A stretch of DNA of 63,365 nt, counting the filler, from Salisapilia sapeloensis CBS 127946 (Eukaryota > Protista > Oomycota): NCBI GenBank assembly GCA_023334545.1. It is 4 parts of 4 records of this genome, joined end to end, with 100 filler letters (N's around TTAATTAATTAA, not from the genome) between each part and the next. Parts side by side here need not be neighbours in the genome. Positions count along the whole stretch, not along the records: positions 1 to 26,983 come from JAADVB010000238.1; 3 more parts are not named here. One strand, written 5' to 3'. The position numbers and the translations under genes are program-made. The notes below the pieces were generated by a model, which had not been told where the DNA came from, searched no databases, and saw nothing but the letters and a program-made list of their open reading frames with translations. Of this stretch, positions 11,142-22,473 are shown piece by piece. Each line of letters opens with the position of its first letter. Position 1 is the first letter of the stretch.

Positions 11142-12673
11142 ATGTCTCGACGCGGCGTCCAGCGATGGCGAGCGACGGGTTTTAAGGTCCAAACGCTATT
11201 AGATGCATACCCACTTGCACGAGACTTGGCTTCACCAGCGCTTCATCCATGGGGAGTCCTCGCAGCAGTGCTTCGATCTCCAAGTCGATTTCTCGATGGC
11301 CTCACGACCACGCACCATCGATACTTGGATCTGGCGACCGCTGCCGTGACACAGAATCCGCTCATCTTCCCACGAGGCTTCTTCTGTGACGGGTGGGGCG
11401 ACTTGCATACACCTGAGCGACTCACGGAGCTCGTTCAGAGCCACAGGATGAATGAAGTGAAGGAACTCCGGAAAGAAGATATGCATTGGAAACCCAAGCG
11501 GACGATGCGATCTGCTGGTGTTTCGATACAAGAGGCGACATTTAAAAGCACTGTACCGAATGCCGAAGCCATTCTCCCAGAAGAAAGTGTAAACGCACAT
11601 TGTGAGCTCGTGACACCGTTGGAAGAAACGCAACAGGATCGGCCGCTAGTCGGTGCGTGACAACGACATTGCTCAACATTCTGGACACTATTAACAGGAA
11701 CAACCTACTATCTCTTGTGGAAATAGTGCTACTGCCAGGTACAGGCGAGCATGGGTTTGTGCATCGAAGAGTCTCACTCGCTATACCCTTGGCTAAGCGA
11801 GGTATCTCCACCCTCGTACGTTCCTCTTCTCCACCTCTTGTATTACATCACTCATATCATTTGTAGATACTCGAAGGACCATTCTATGGCAAACGAAAGC
11901 CTAGAAACCAACAAGGATCCAAGCTTCGACGGTAAGATCGTATAACCTCTAGCCGGTCTATATAGCAGCTACATCTCCGTTGGATATAGAGTCAGCGACT
12001 TGCCGATCTTGGGCCAAGCCACCATCGAAGAGTCCAAGTCCCTCCTCACCTACTTTAACAAGCACCAAAACTTTTCTCGTCTAGTCGTCGCCGGTACGTC
12101 GCCACCTCCTCTCTTCCTACTTCCCAATCTAATCCCTTCCTAGGCTGCAGTATGGGAGGTCTGCATGCAGCCATGACTGCGTCCGTGTACCCTGGAGACG
12201 TAGGTGCGACGGCCTGGCTAGCTCCTCCATCCGCCGTGCCTGTGTTTGCCGACGGTCTGCTAGCTGCATCCTGTAGCTGGTCAGCACTCTATCGGCAGCA
12301 CGAGTCGGAGATCTTGGACAAGATGCTGCAAGGGAGTGCAGTGGCCAGTGGCAGCTACGTCGAGAGCGAAGATCGTCTGCAACAAGCGAAAAAGCATATG
12401 CGGCACTTCCTCTCCGTCACGGACATTGACAACTTCCACGCCCCGAATCGAGCAGACGCCGTGGTCTTTGTCATCGGGACGGAAGACCAGTACATTGGCT
12501 GGACGGAAGAGCAGTGGAAACGACTGCAGGAGAAGTGGTACCCCGCGAGCTTCCGCGCAGTGCCAGCGGGACACGTGAGTGGGATTTTGCTCGAGCAAGA
12601 AAAGTTTTGCAAGACGGTGGAGGAAGTTGTTGGTCGTCTCGGATCCACTGAAGCTGAAGATCAAGTTGCGTGA
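11142..12673 (+). CDS. Alpha/beta hydrolase of DUF2048/ABHD18 type (multi-exon)
   Basis: FFCDGWG, LPGTGEHGFVHRR, EGPFYG, nucleophile elbow G-x-SMGG, IGTEDQY and AGHVSG. Short introns lie between 11.65 and 12.15 kb. Confidence 0.85.
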
Positions 12674-12846
12674 GAGTTGGGGGATTGAAGCATATCTACA
12701 ACCTCTTCAAGTACGCTTTTAAACTAGTGTTTCGTCATCCTCTCTCTGCTTGTACCTTTAAGTCGAATCTATTTTGCGCTTTATCTTCTTGTTCCTCTAG
12801 CCTAGGAAATCGTGTAACGGTCGAATTTAGACCAGCAGTCGATAGG

Positions 12847-13799
12847 ATGAGTTTAGATGTACGTGAGAGTAGCCGCAAGTCTCTTCAAAAGAGCACGTTC
12901 CAGTCCCAAGCATTTGCATCCAAGAGGACACCAGCCATTGATGAAGTCGAGAAGATCGTCGTGAAAGAGATGCGAGAGTTGGAAGAGGCTGTTCGTGCGT
13001 ACAACATCGACGTCCAGATGAAACTGGTAAACTATGGAAACCTTGGAGCATTGTCGAGATCTACTGACTTGCTAGGTTGGTAGAATACGATTCGAAAGCA
13101 TATTGCTAGTGTAGACAAGCAAACAAACGAGCATGGTGAAACGATGGAAAGCGAGACCGAGAGGTTGCAAAGTCACATAGAAAAGAGTTTCCAGGACGCA
13201 TTCGTCTTTCTAGAGCAAAAGATGCTTTCCACCTTTGCTCACATGGACATGAATCAAGTCACGCCTTTAGAAAAGAAGTAGCAACCTCTGTATCTACACC
13301 CTAAAGCCTCCTTTCTTACGTAGGCATCTGTAGACTCCGGACATGTGAGTCGAGTTTCCAAGAGTTCGCTTCGATTCCAGACGCACTGGAGAAGGCGCAA
13401 GGGACAGTCACGCAGCGTCTACAGTCGAGTCGAGATGCCTTTGATCTCGAGCAAAGCAAGATATTGAAACGAGAACAAAAGACCCAGAGCATGCTCGAGC
13501 AAAAGAATCAACGCACACGAAAGACATTTGAGATTGAGAGGAAGTTTCGAGGACAAAAGTTTCGACATCATAACGAGACGTTCCATCACGTGATGAAGAG
13601 CGACAATCGGTCGAGTGCGAGGCAGCAGGGTAACCACATCGCATCGACGTTCGAAGTGTGGAAACAACTTGAAAAGTGTAGCGCCGTGAGAGCCAAGGAG
13701 GATGCCATCATCTTATCAAACGTCACAGATTCGTTCCAAAAGCTCCAGACAAGTGTCCAAGAACACTTTGGTGCTCAATCCGATACGACCGTGGCTTAA
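12847..13799 (+). CDS. Coiled-coil protein, possibly SF-assemblin/beta-giardin-like (3 exons)
   Basis: Three exons can be spliced in frame (introns at ~13.03-13.08 and ~13.28-13.33 kb). The product is helical throughout. Its C-terminus AVRAKEDAIILSNVTDSFQKLQTSV resembles the SF-assemblin tail pattern. Confidence 0.55.
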
Positions 13800-14129
13800 G
13801 AGAAGAGTGTCTTGGGGGGAGAAACAAGGGCTTTCATTACTTTTTCTGGTCTTTTATCTTTTTTAATTCCGGTCGCCAATACATGCTGCCACGTCCAAAC
13901 TTCCTATCGGCTTGTAGCGTACGTTCCTGTAAGCACTAGTCGAATCGGTTGCAAGTACATGAACGAGCATCAAAAGGCGACCGAAGAGCTGAAACAAAAT
14001 GCGAGTAAAAAATGATGCAGAGCCCTTGCTAACTCCGTTTATTCTTTTTTTTCCTTCATGCTTTACGCGTGGGCAAGCCCACCTCCCCGTGAATCGTCTC
14101 CACGAGGACGCACAGACACTTTACGTGTC

Positions 14130-14598
14130 TTAGTTGGTGGCAGCCTTCTTCGAGACGGGCTTCGTGCCTAGAATCGTCACAAGTTAGCTACCGGAGACAT
14201 TGCATCCGAGATAGACGATGACGTACCTTCACGGAATCCGTTCTTGAAGCGGCGGGAGACGGTCTTCAGGTAGCGCATACGGCCAGTGCCCTGGGTACGG
14301 CGACGGAGAGCTTTCTGACTCCAGTTGACTATTCCACGACAAAGCCATCAGTATCAACATTGCATCCGATCAAGCACACAAATTAGACGTACACTTGCGC
14401 ATCTTGGCGGCCGGGTAGCCACAGGAGGCACACGTCGACTTCTGGATGTGGTACGAGCTCTTGCCACAACGACGGCAGATCGTGTGCGTCTTGTTGTGGC
14501 GCTTACCGAAACTCTGCGTACCTTTGGTCTGTCATATCAAGCACACATCGTTAGTCTACCACTACCAAGCACATCAAGACGATAGGAAAGCGCACCAT
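14130..14598 (-). CDS. RPL37: 60S ribosomal protein L37 (eL37), 4 exons
   Basis: ATG-only first exon 14596-14598, then exons 14528-14393, 14328-14227 and 14167-14130. [39 protein letters not shown]...GTGRMRYL. Confidence 0.97.
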
Positions 14599-14875
14599 CT
14601 TAGGCTGGAGCTAGAAGGAAGAATGGTTTGCAAAAAGCTGCCGGTTTGCATTCGAGCCAGTCGTTTACAAGGCGATATTTAGGCCTCTTCCCTCCGTTCT
14701 TCATAGAGTATATTTAGCCGGCCTAATTTCCAACCTCTCCCGGACGTTACCAAACGCCATCGACGGTACTTGAGCAAGAAGAAAAAGAAAGGAAAGACGG
14801 ATTCTGGAACGTAGTAGAGATAGGCACATGACATTTTCTTCCAACTTACTTTCCACCTACTGGCGACAAACAAAA

Positions 14876-16702
14876 CTAGGACTGCAGCCGCATGGCTTGC
14901 TCATATGCTTCCACCGCACGATCTCTTTCGCCAAGATCGAATAGAATTTCGCCGTATAACGTCGTATTCGACGCACTCGGCTCGTCCTGCAAAGCGCGTT
15001 GGATCGCGCGCTTGGCCTTTTCTAACTTGTTCGAAGCGTAGTACGCACGAGCCAAGTGCGTCTGGAGCTTTGCGTCCCTTGGACGAAGTTCCGTTGCTTG
15101 CTCGAACGCCTGGACGGCCGCTGCTGTGCTTCCTTTGGCCAGCAGCGACTTGCCCATGTTAATTAGCACGAGTATTTCCGGGTGTGAAGCGTACTCGTCT
15201 TCCTCCTCTTCCTCCTCTTCATTGATATCTTCTAAAGAACTCGTGTCGTCGTAATCGTCGTCGTCATAGTCATCGTCATGAAGGTCCGCGACGCTGCCCC
15301 AATTCCGTTCCTTCACGTCCACTTCGGAATACATAAACGACGGCTCTCCGAACATAGAGTCCGTGCCGCCCATCATCGAGTCTTCCTGCGGTCGGAAACT
15401 CTCCGCTTGCTGCTTCGGCTCTTCCACGGCACTTGGGTGCGTATCGTACCCGCCTCGACTACCCGTCGACTGCATCCTGCTTGACTGCTTCTCGCTACTC
15501 GATCGCTCGATCGTACTTGCGTCTGTACTGTTCGAGAACTTGCGCGGTTGCGAGTGCGGACGCTCGGCACCAGAGCTCCGACGACTTTCCTTTTCATCCA
15601 CCGATCGCGGACGCCCCCACTCAGTGTCCTGTGCATTCGTGTTCGCTCGATGCGTACGTAGCTGTTCTTCTGCCTGTCGCTTCTCTTCCATCAACCGCGC
15701 TACCTGCTCCTGTAGACTCGCGACCTGGTCCTGCATACTCTGCCCTGACTCCTCCGGCTTTATCATCGGTGCCGACGCGTTCCGACTAAGTGTCGGCGGC
15801 TGTGTCATGATCGGCGCGGCAGGTCGTTCCGTCCGAGGCTTCTCATCCGACCTCCTCTTCATCGGAGCAGACGCAGCTTCCACACTCTCTGGCTGTGTCA
15901 GCAACGTGTTGCAGCAGATCGTGCACACGCGGTACTTTTCCGTCAGACCATAGTGCGGCAGCGGCATTCGCTCTCGCGCCGAGTGCTCTCGACAGATCGA
16001 TCGACCACAATTACGACAATGGTGGCGCTTCTTAAACGTACCGAACTTTAGATGACAGACGTAGCACGTCGTGTCGTTCGTCCATCGTGGCGGAAGCGAT
16101 CGTTGGAACGTGTAGCTATCTTTTCGCATCGGGTGGCGAGACTCGGTGCTCGCCATCGAAGTCGATGAGCTAGACTGTGTCATTGAGCTCGTGTGCTCCG
16201 TATACTTTTCATCCTCACTGCTCTCATACTCGTCACTTAATGTCGGCTCGAACGACTCCATCGACAGTGTGCTTACATGTTGCTGCATATCTTCCAATAG
16301 TCGTATACTAGCGGCCGGGAGGCGATGTCGTTTGGCCATATCCACCACGTTCTCGCCTGGTGATAACTGACTGCACACTGCGTCCGGGTAAGACGCGAGG
16401 AGGGCTTGGAGCCACTCAATGTTCGCTTTCGCGCGCACGGCGATCTGGAGGGGAAGACGGCCAGCTGTGTTTTGTGTCCGCGCCCCCATCGGATACGCCT
16501 TAAGTAAAGACAATAGTACGCTCGTGCTCACGGCGGCTGGATCTGTGCACGCCCAGTGGAGCGGCAGCATCCCGTATGTGTCCACTTGCTGCGCAGCGGA
16601 CGCGTCGGCGTCCACTAGTTTGCGCAAGTCTTCCCACTGGGAGTTCATGGCCATGTTGACGGCTTCTTGTCTTGCGGACGGCACTACCGTGTCGCCTGCC
16701 AT
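14876..16702 (-). CDS. Ankyrin-like + FYVE zinc finger + TPR protein
   Basis: GMLPLHWAC and GRLPLQIA ankyrin-like repeats. FYVE motifs WTND, KKRHHCRNCG and RVC. C-terminal TPR-like helices. Confidence 0.85.
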   Translation of the reverse strand: MAGDTVVPSARQEAVNMAMNSQWEDLRKLVDADASAAQQVDTYGMLPLHWACTDPAAVSTSVLLSLLKAYPMGARTQNTAGRLPLQIAVRAKANIEWLQALLASYPDAVCSQLSPGENVVDMAKRHRLPAASIRLLEDMQQHVSTLSMESFEPTLSDEYESSEDEKYTEHTSSMTQSSSSTSMASTESRHPMRKDSYTFQRSLPPRWTNDTTCYVCHLKFGTFKKRHHCRNCGRSICREHSARERMPLPHYGLTEKYRVCTICCNTLLTQPESVEAASAPMKRRSDEKPRTERPAAPIMTQPPTLSRNASAPMIKPEESGQSMQDQVASLQEQVARLMEEKRQAEEQLRTHRANTNAQDTEWGRPRSVDEKESRRSSGAERPHSQPRKFSNSTDASTIERSSSEKQSSRMQSTGSRGGYDTHPSAVEEPKQQAESFRPQEDSMMGGTDSMFGEPSFMYSEVDVKERNWGSVADLHDDDYDDDDYDDTSSLEDINEEEEEEEDEYASHPEILVLINMGKSLLAKGSTAAAVQAFEQATELRPRDAKLQTHLARAYYASNKLEKAKRAIQRALQDEPSASNTTLYGEILFDLGERDRAVEAYEQAMRLQS

Positions 16703-17254
16703 GTCTTCAGCTAGAGGGATAATGAATAAGACGAGGTAGATGCCGCAGTGTCGTGAAATTCGATGGGGAAGTAATGCTTCTTAGAGAGTAAGTTACGAGT
16801 CTGGATTGTGCGCATCTCGTCCTCCTTCAGCTCGACTGGGATAACGGAACGTGAGGGAAATATATTAATAGACAGGGAGCTGGAGAATCCACTCGCGCAG
16901 CGTGTAGACGTCTACTAGAGCATCTCGTACGTGCCATGCACCTCTTTAAGATCGACACCAGGTCTGATCCATCATGTACTCACTCCAAGCTGATTCTTCC
17001 ATTAAAGATCAATAAATTAATCGATTAGAATCAAGTCATCTACATGGACACGAGTAGTACTCATTTACAAGACAGTAGATACCTATAGTACACAATGCCA
17101 TGATATTAAATTCCATCTCCTTCTAAAGACTTCAGAAGACATGTCCGCTTACATACATTTCAAAAGAAAATGTATCCGGATACTTTTAAAGAATGATTTT
17201 TAGAAATTCCATCTATTTTCCTACGTGCCACTTTCCATCGATCCGACCCTGGGC

Positions 17255-19411
17255 ATGGCGACCGAGACTGATAGCAATGGTCCGCATCGCGGTGAATCCG
17301 TTCATGAGATCGACAGCCAATCCTTCTTTGCTGGAGATCCCATGGAAACGCTCTGCGTCCGCCATCACGGAGAATTCGACCGACTCACGCGCTATCGACT
17401 GCAGGAGACACTTATGCTCATGGGCTGTCGACCTCGCGACGCCGTCGTCGTATCTAGAGAAGTCTTCGGACTGCTCGATAACCCTCGCAAGCTCGATGCC
17501 GAAGGTGCGCTGCCGTGGCACGTACTCCATCAGTGCATCTACTCGACGCTCGCGCGACTCGACTACTGCAAGCCACACCACTTGCTCGACTTTCGCGTCG
17601 CGACGGAAATCACACAACGACGTCAGTCCTTTGTCGTGCTCCTCGGAGGGACATCTGGTACTGGTAAGTCCACTCTAGCGTCGCTCCTGGCGGCAAGACT
17701 GCGCCTATCGACCGTCCTGCCGACAGATTCCGTCCGCCATATCCTACGCACCTTTACGTCCAAGCAAGAGCAGCCGAGTGTCTTCGTATCGACCTACCAA
17801 GCCGGCGACGCCCTCTCAACTCAAGAACTAGCAGAACTAGCGGCGAATGAGTCTGGTAGCAACGCTGCTAAGGCCGAAGCGAGGCTGCTAAAGAAGAAGA
17901 CGGTCAAGGGATATAAGATGCAGAGTCGAGCTGTTTTGGATAAACTAGACCAGCTACTTACATCCTTTGAAGAGCGTAAACAGTCTCTCGTCGTCGAAGG
18001 CGTGCACCTAGATATGGAAGAGATGACGGAACTCGTGAGCAAACACCCGAACTGCGTCCCGTTCCTCATCTATATCAGTAACGAATTGAAGCATCGGGAA
18101 CGGTTCGCCGTACGTGCTCGACACATGACGATTGATCCACAGACGAACAAGTACATTAAACACTTTGACAATATCCGACACATTCAGCACCACTTGACAA
18201 AGCATGCAGACCACGTTCTCATCCCGAAAGTCGATAACACGAACGTCGATCGGAGTCTCGCGACTATCCAATCCACACTCGTGCGTGTCCTAGGTAGACT
18301 CGACAAAGGCGAACGTGTCGTTGATCCAAAGATCAACAAGATGGTGCTGCTCAGTCGCGAGCATGAGAACGCGACGAAGAAAGCGTGGAGCAGCAAGGGC
18401 ATGCGTCGTGCCATGCGTCCGCTCATCAAGCAAAAGGTGTCCAAGCGACTGCTCCTGCGTCGTCTCCTAGCGGAACAGTCGTCGAGTGTCGTCGGAGGCA
18501 CGAACGACAATGACGAGTCTTCCAGCAGCGACGACGAGCGCCCTAGTACTAGTGAATCTCGTCGGGAAGACGACTTGGAGGAGGAAGAGGATGAAGTCAC
18601 GACTGTCGTCGGCAGTCTTTTCAGTGGCGCGGGCCCGAACGAGTCCAGGCCGGCTGTCAACCACGCTGCGTCGGCATCCAGCATGCCGCCATCTCCTCGC
18701 AAGCACGTCTTTCTAGACGAGATCGAGGAGAACGCAGCTGGGAGCGCCGACATCGCCAAGATGCGTCGAGCGCTCTCGGCGGCCGTCCAGCAAGCAGCCT
18801 TGTGGCGCGAGAGTAGACAGTGCGGGAGTGATACGGCGTGGAGGGAGCTCGTGCCGCCGAGCGAAGGTCCGGAAGCCACCTTTTCGGACGTGATTGAGAA
18901 CCTCCAGTCGCAGTCGAGCTTCCATGATGCGCACTTGAACTGGCGACTGGATGACCGGAGGAAGTCGTGGATTGCAGGGGATGGCGCTGTGACGGATCGC
19001 CCTCTCGTGTCACGTGCGACGGTGATCGGGACGATGCCAACGTCGTCCATCTTCAAGGCATTTGCCAAGCAACGGACGGACAATCGGTCCAAGTTGAAAC
19101 GTGGCAACTCGCTCGAACGAGAGAAACCGAAGAACACGGAGCGTAGACGCAAAGCAGCTTCCCAAGGCGTCGAAGTGTTGCAGCTAGATGAACTGGACGT
19201 GGCTGGAAGCGACTATGACATCGACAGCATCTCAGTGAACGCAGCTGATCGAGACTCACAGACATCATCTCAGCGTGAATGTACGTATCTCTCGTTGTAT
19301 AGTAATTACCTTGTCTCATGACTGTATACAGACGTCTCGCCTTTGGACGAGAGCATGGATGGGACGGACAGCCACTTTGAAGTGAGCTCGATGAGCTCGA
19401 CAGATGACTAA
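17255..19411 (+). CDS. 2-phosphoglycerate-kinase-like P-loop NTPase (plant LPA1-like)
   Basis: Walker A GGTSGTGKSTLASLLAARL, TDSVRHILR, VVEGVHL and KVDNTNVDRS. Final intron 19281-19331; stop at 19409-19411. Confidence 0.8.
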
Positions 19412-19541
19412 ACGATAGAGACGTTGGAAACAATTGATCCTTGGATTAGTATTTTACAAAATTGAACTCGCACGACCAGTGTGGACGTAAAACGAATCAG
19501 AATAAAAACACCACACAATCCACTTGGAAATGCTCCTCGTC

Positions 19542-22337
19542 TTAGCTGTTTGGTAGTCGTTCACGAGCTGGAGCAAAGGTCTTGGATTTTGACATGATGT
19601 TCAAAGCATTTGTCGCGAAGACCGTGCGAGCGAGTAACTCTTGATTCCGTTTGTTCCGATTGAAAGCAGCCATGGACATGCGCTTGATGCTTGGCGAAGC
19701 GCGTGGACTACCACAGAAGACTGTCTGAGCATCGCGCTCTTCGTCATCGTAGAAGCCGATGGCTAGTGGGGAGTATGCACGTTCAGCTTCGCTCGGCGGA
19801 CGGGGAGACTCGACTAGACGAGGAGAGTCGATGGAACGCTTGGGTGGAGACGGTTCTTCATCAAACGATTCCGTCGCATAGTACGTGAGAATGTCCCGCC
19901 ACAGAATCTTGCGGAGAGATGCTGACAAGCAAAAGCTGTTTGCAGGTAACGATAGAGCAGGGAGTAGTGTCTGCAAGTCTGCGATGAGATCCGGGGCTAG
20001 GCAGATTCCGGTGTTCAAGCAGAGCACTGATGACATAGATGGTAACCCAGCCGATGGCTCTTGAATCGCTAACTCTACATCTACGGTTTGGTAACTTGGA
20101 GCTTCAGCTGTCACGTTGACATCTACCGGTACCACGTCTGTCTGAGCTTCCTTCGACTCACTTTCTAATAACAAATGAGGCGTCGACACAGGTGGTTGTT
20201 TGGATGGTATGGTCACGAGCGACCGTCCCATCTCTTCATAAGCCTGAGCGGCAGATGATGCAGCCGCCTTATTTCTCTTTTTGGACCCGGACATTGCCAA
20301 CACTGCAGATCTTAATAGTGATTTCAATGGAGCCTCTGCCTTGTTTTGCTTTCGTTCGGTTGGACTTTGTTCCTCATTTTGCTTTTCTCTTTCAGCGAGC
20401 ACACGGTAGACTCGCTTCAGTGTCTCCTTAGTCTTTAGTATCTCTTCGTTACGCCGATTCATGTCATTCTTGTACTTGTTCTGGATAAGCGTGACCAAGC
20501 TTTCCATCTCGGTCCGGTGTTGACGTCGAGTTTCATCTTGTTTAAGCTCATACTGCTGTAGCAATAAATGCTTGTACTCTGTCAGCTTTCTTACGAACTG
20601 GTCTTTAGTATTTTGCAATTTCTCATGGTAATCTATCCGCATCTTCTCTACGTCTTCAGCAGTAACCTGACCGAGCTTTGGCAAGAATGAAGATTCTGTG
20701 GCTTCGCTTGATGTTGCTTCCTCCAATTCGGCTAACTTCTGATCAATCCCCTCCACATTAGTCGATGTTGACGCCGGAAACACCGACGACATGACTTTTT
20801 GGACTGCTTCACCCAACTTTTTATCCTCATCTTCATGCTCATCTTCGTTATCGCTGTCACTCGTTGACAAATCGTCATCCATGTAACGTGCTCGCTCCAC
20901 TTTATCCGACTCGGATCTTTTCTTCGGTCTTTGTAAGACGAACATGGGACTTGCATGTCGTGGTGGTGAGGACGATCTAGGCTCGTTCGACATTTCTGCT
21001 TTATAGTCGCGCATAGCGGCCTTTAGATCCTCAACCTGACTCGCCATCCTATACGCATTTTCTTCTGCTCGCCTCTTTGCCTCGGCGGCGTCCTTCAGGA
21101 TACTCTCAAGACCTTCAATTCGATCCAGAGCTTCTTGTAAATGCTGGTGTTGCTCAGAGGGATCCGACTGAGACGTTGGTTTGCTAGCTCTCACCGGCTG
21201 CGAAAGTTTCTTTGGAGGAGCTTGCACAACTTGGCTTTCGGTACGTTGGGCTGCAATAGTGGCTTCCATGCTAGAGTTCTCTGCTTCCAACTGCTGAATC
21301 TTCGCTCGTTGGTGCTCTAGCTCCTGTACCTTTGCATTGAGCAAGAACTCATGCTTCAAAATGTCTTCACCCTGAGCTCGTACGGTGGCCTCTAGCTCCA
21401 CTATTCTTTTCTTTGAAACTTCACCTTCCTGTTCAGATGCGCGGTACTTGTCTCTCCAAAGCACCACTGCATGCTGCTCGAGGTCCATATTAAGCTTCAA
21501 TTCGCCAATACGCTTGTCGTACGTTTCCCGAGTATTCTTGATTTCGTCTGTCTTGAGAGATAGCTCAATCTTGGCTTGCTGAACTCCTTGCTCCGCATTG
21601 CTCAATTCACTCAAGACACGCTGATAAGCCTTGGCTTGATCTTCCAACTGCTTCAATAGCATCTCTTTCTCCATCTGTAGCTTATGTATCGCTCTATTGA
21701 GCTCTCGAATCCGTATTCGGGAACTCTTGTTCTCATCATTGTCCACTACAGTAGTCTCGGCCTGTTCTTCAGGCACCACAGTCGTCGCCTGTTGCAAATT
21801 GTGAACCATGTACAGTGACTTGGAAAGGATATCATGCAAGTGCTCCGATCGACCAGATAGATCCGACACAATGGAATCAATGTTATGCGTACCACCGTCC
21901 AAGAGCGACGAGATTTCTTCATCGTCCATTTCAATTTCCGTAGCAATCGATCGTTCGACATTCGTACTTGTCTTTGCTAGAGACGAGTGCGTTGCCTTTA
22001 GTAGATCACCGACTCGCCATCGAGTGGGAACCACCACATCTTCTTCGTCTTCTGAAAAGTCCTCTGGATATCCACGCCGTGGGCTCGCAAAGTCATCATA
22101 GTTCCTTACAAGCTCATCGACTCGAGACTGAATCGCTCGGATCTCGGAGGTTGGGTCTCTCGTAACAAGTGTAGCGCCTTGCAGAATAGCTTCGATGGAC
22201 GCAGAAGTAGAATTCGTGGTAACTTGATCAGCATCCTTCTGCGGCTTGACTCGGTTCTCCACATGCCTTCGAGGTGACGCCACACGATGAACGGCACCTT
22301 TCTGTGCAAGAGGAGGCCGTGCTTTGGAAAACGCCAT
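19542..22337 (-). CDS. Large coiled-coil hypothetical protein (~930 aa)
   Basis: Long intronless ORF with E/K/Q-rich heptad segments separated by S/P-rich linkers. No recognised domain. Confidence 0.75.
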   Translation of the reverse strand: MAFSKARPPLAQKGAVHRVASPRRHVENRVKPQKDADQVTTNSTSASIEAILQGATLVTRDPTSEIRAIQSRVDELVRNYDDFASPRRGYPEDFSEDEEDVVVPTRWRVGDLLKATHSSLAKTSTNVERSIATEIEMDDEEISSLLDGGTHNIDSIVSDLSGRSEHLHDILSKSLYMVHNLQQATTVVPEEQAETTVVDNDENKSSRIRIRELNRAIHKLQMEKEMLLKQLEDQAKAYQRVLSELSNAEQGVQQAKIELSLKTDEIKNTRETYDKRIGELKLNMDLEQHAVVLWRDKYRASEQEGEVSKKRIVELEATVRAQGEDILKHEFLLNAKVQELEHQRAKIQQLEAENSSMEATIAAQRTESQVVQAPPKKLSQPVRASKPTSQSDPSEQHQHLQEALDRIEGLESILKDAAEAKRRAEENAYRMASQVEDLKAAMRDYKAEMSNEPRSSSPPRHASPMFVLQRPKKRSESDKVERARYMDDDLSTSDSDNEDEHEDEDKKLGEAVQKVMSSVFPASTSTNVEGIDQKLAELEEATSSEATESSFLPKLGQVTAEDVEKMRIDYHEKLQNTKDQFVRKLTEYKHLLLQQYELKQDETRRQHRTEMESLVTLIQNKYKNDMNRRNEEILKTKETLKRVYRVLAEREKQNEEQSPTERKQNKAEAPLKSLLRSAVLAMSGSKKRNKAAASSAAQAYEEMGRSLVTIPSKQPPVSTPHLLLESESKEAQTDVVPVDVNVTAEAPSYQTVDVELAIQEPSAGLPSMSSVLCLNTGICLAPDLIADLQTLLPALSLPANSFCLSASLRKILWRDILTYYATESFDEEPSPPKRSIDSPRLVESPRPPSEAERAYSPLAIGFYDDEERDAQTVFCGSPRASPSIKRMSMAAFNRNKRNQELLARTVFATNALNIMSKSKTFAPARERLPNS

Positions 22338-22473
22338 CAATCACCGCAGCGCAAGAAGCTCCAGTCGAGTGAATGAGTCAGCTATTAATAAACAACCAGT
22401 GCAAAGTCTCATGCCATCCTATTCGCTTTACCCAAATGCTACACTAGAAGCGTCAAACCTACACGATCGCAAT

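Noticed and set aside
11640-11665. TGA ending the first ABHD18-like ORF as possible selenocysteine or readthrough
   Set aside because: It lies in an intron (GTGCGT donor); splicing restores the frame.
18184-19152. 322-aa antisense ORF within the LPA1-like gene
   Set aside because: Ser/Arg-rich mirror of an acidic low-complexity tail, with no independent coding signal.
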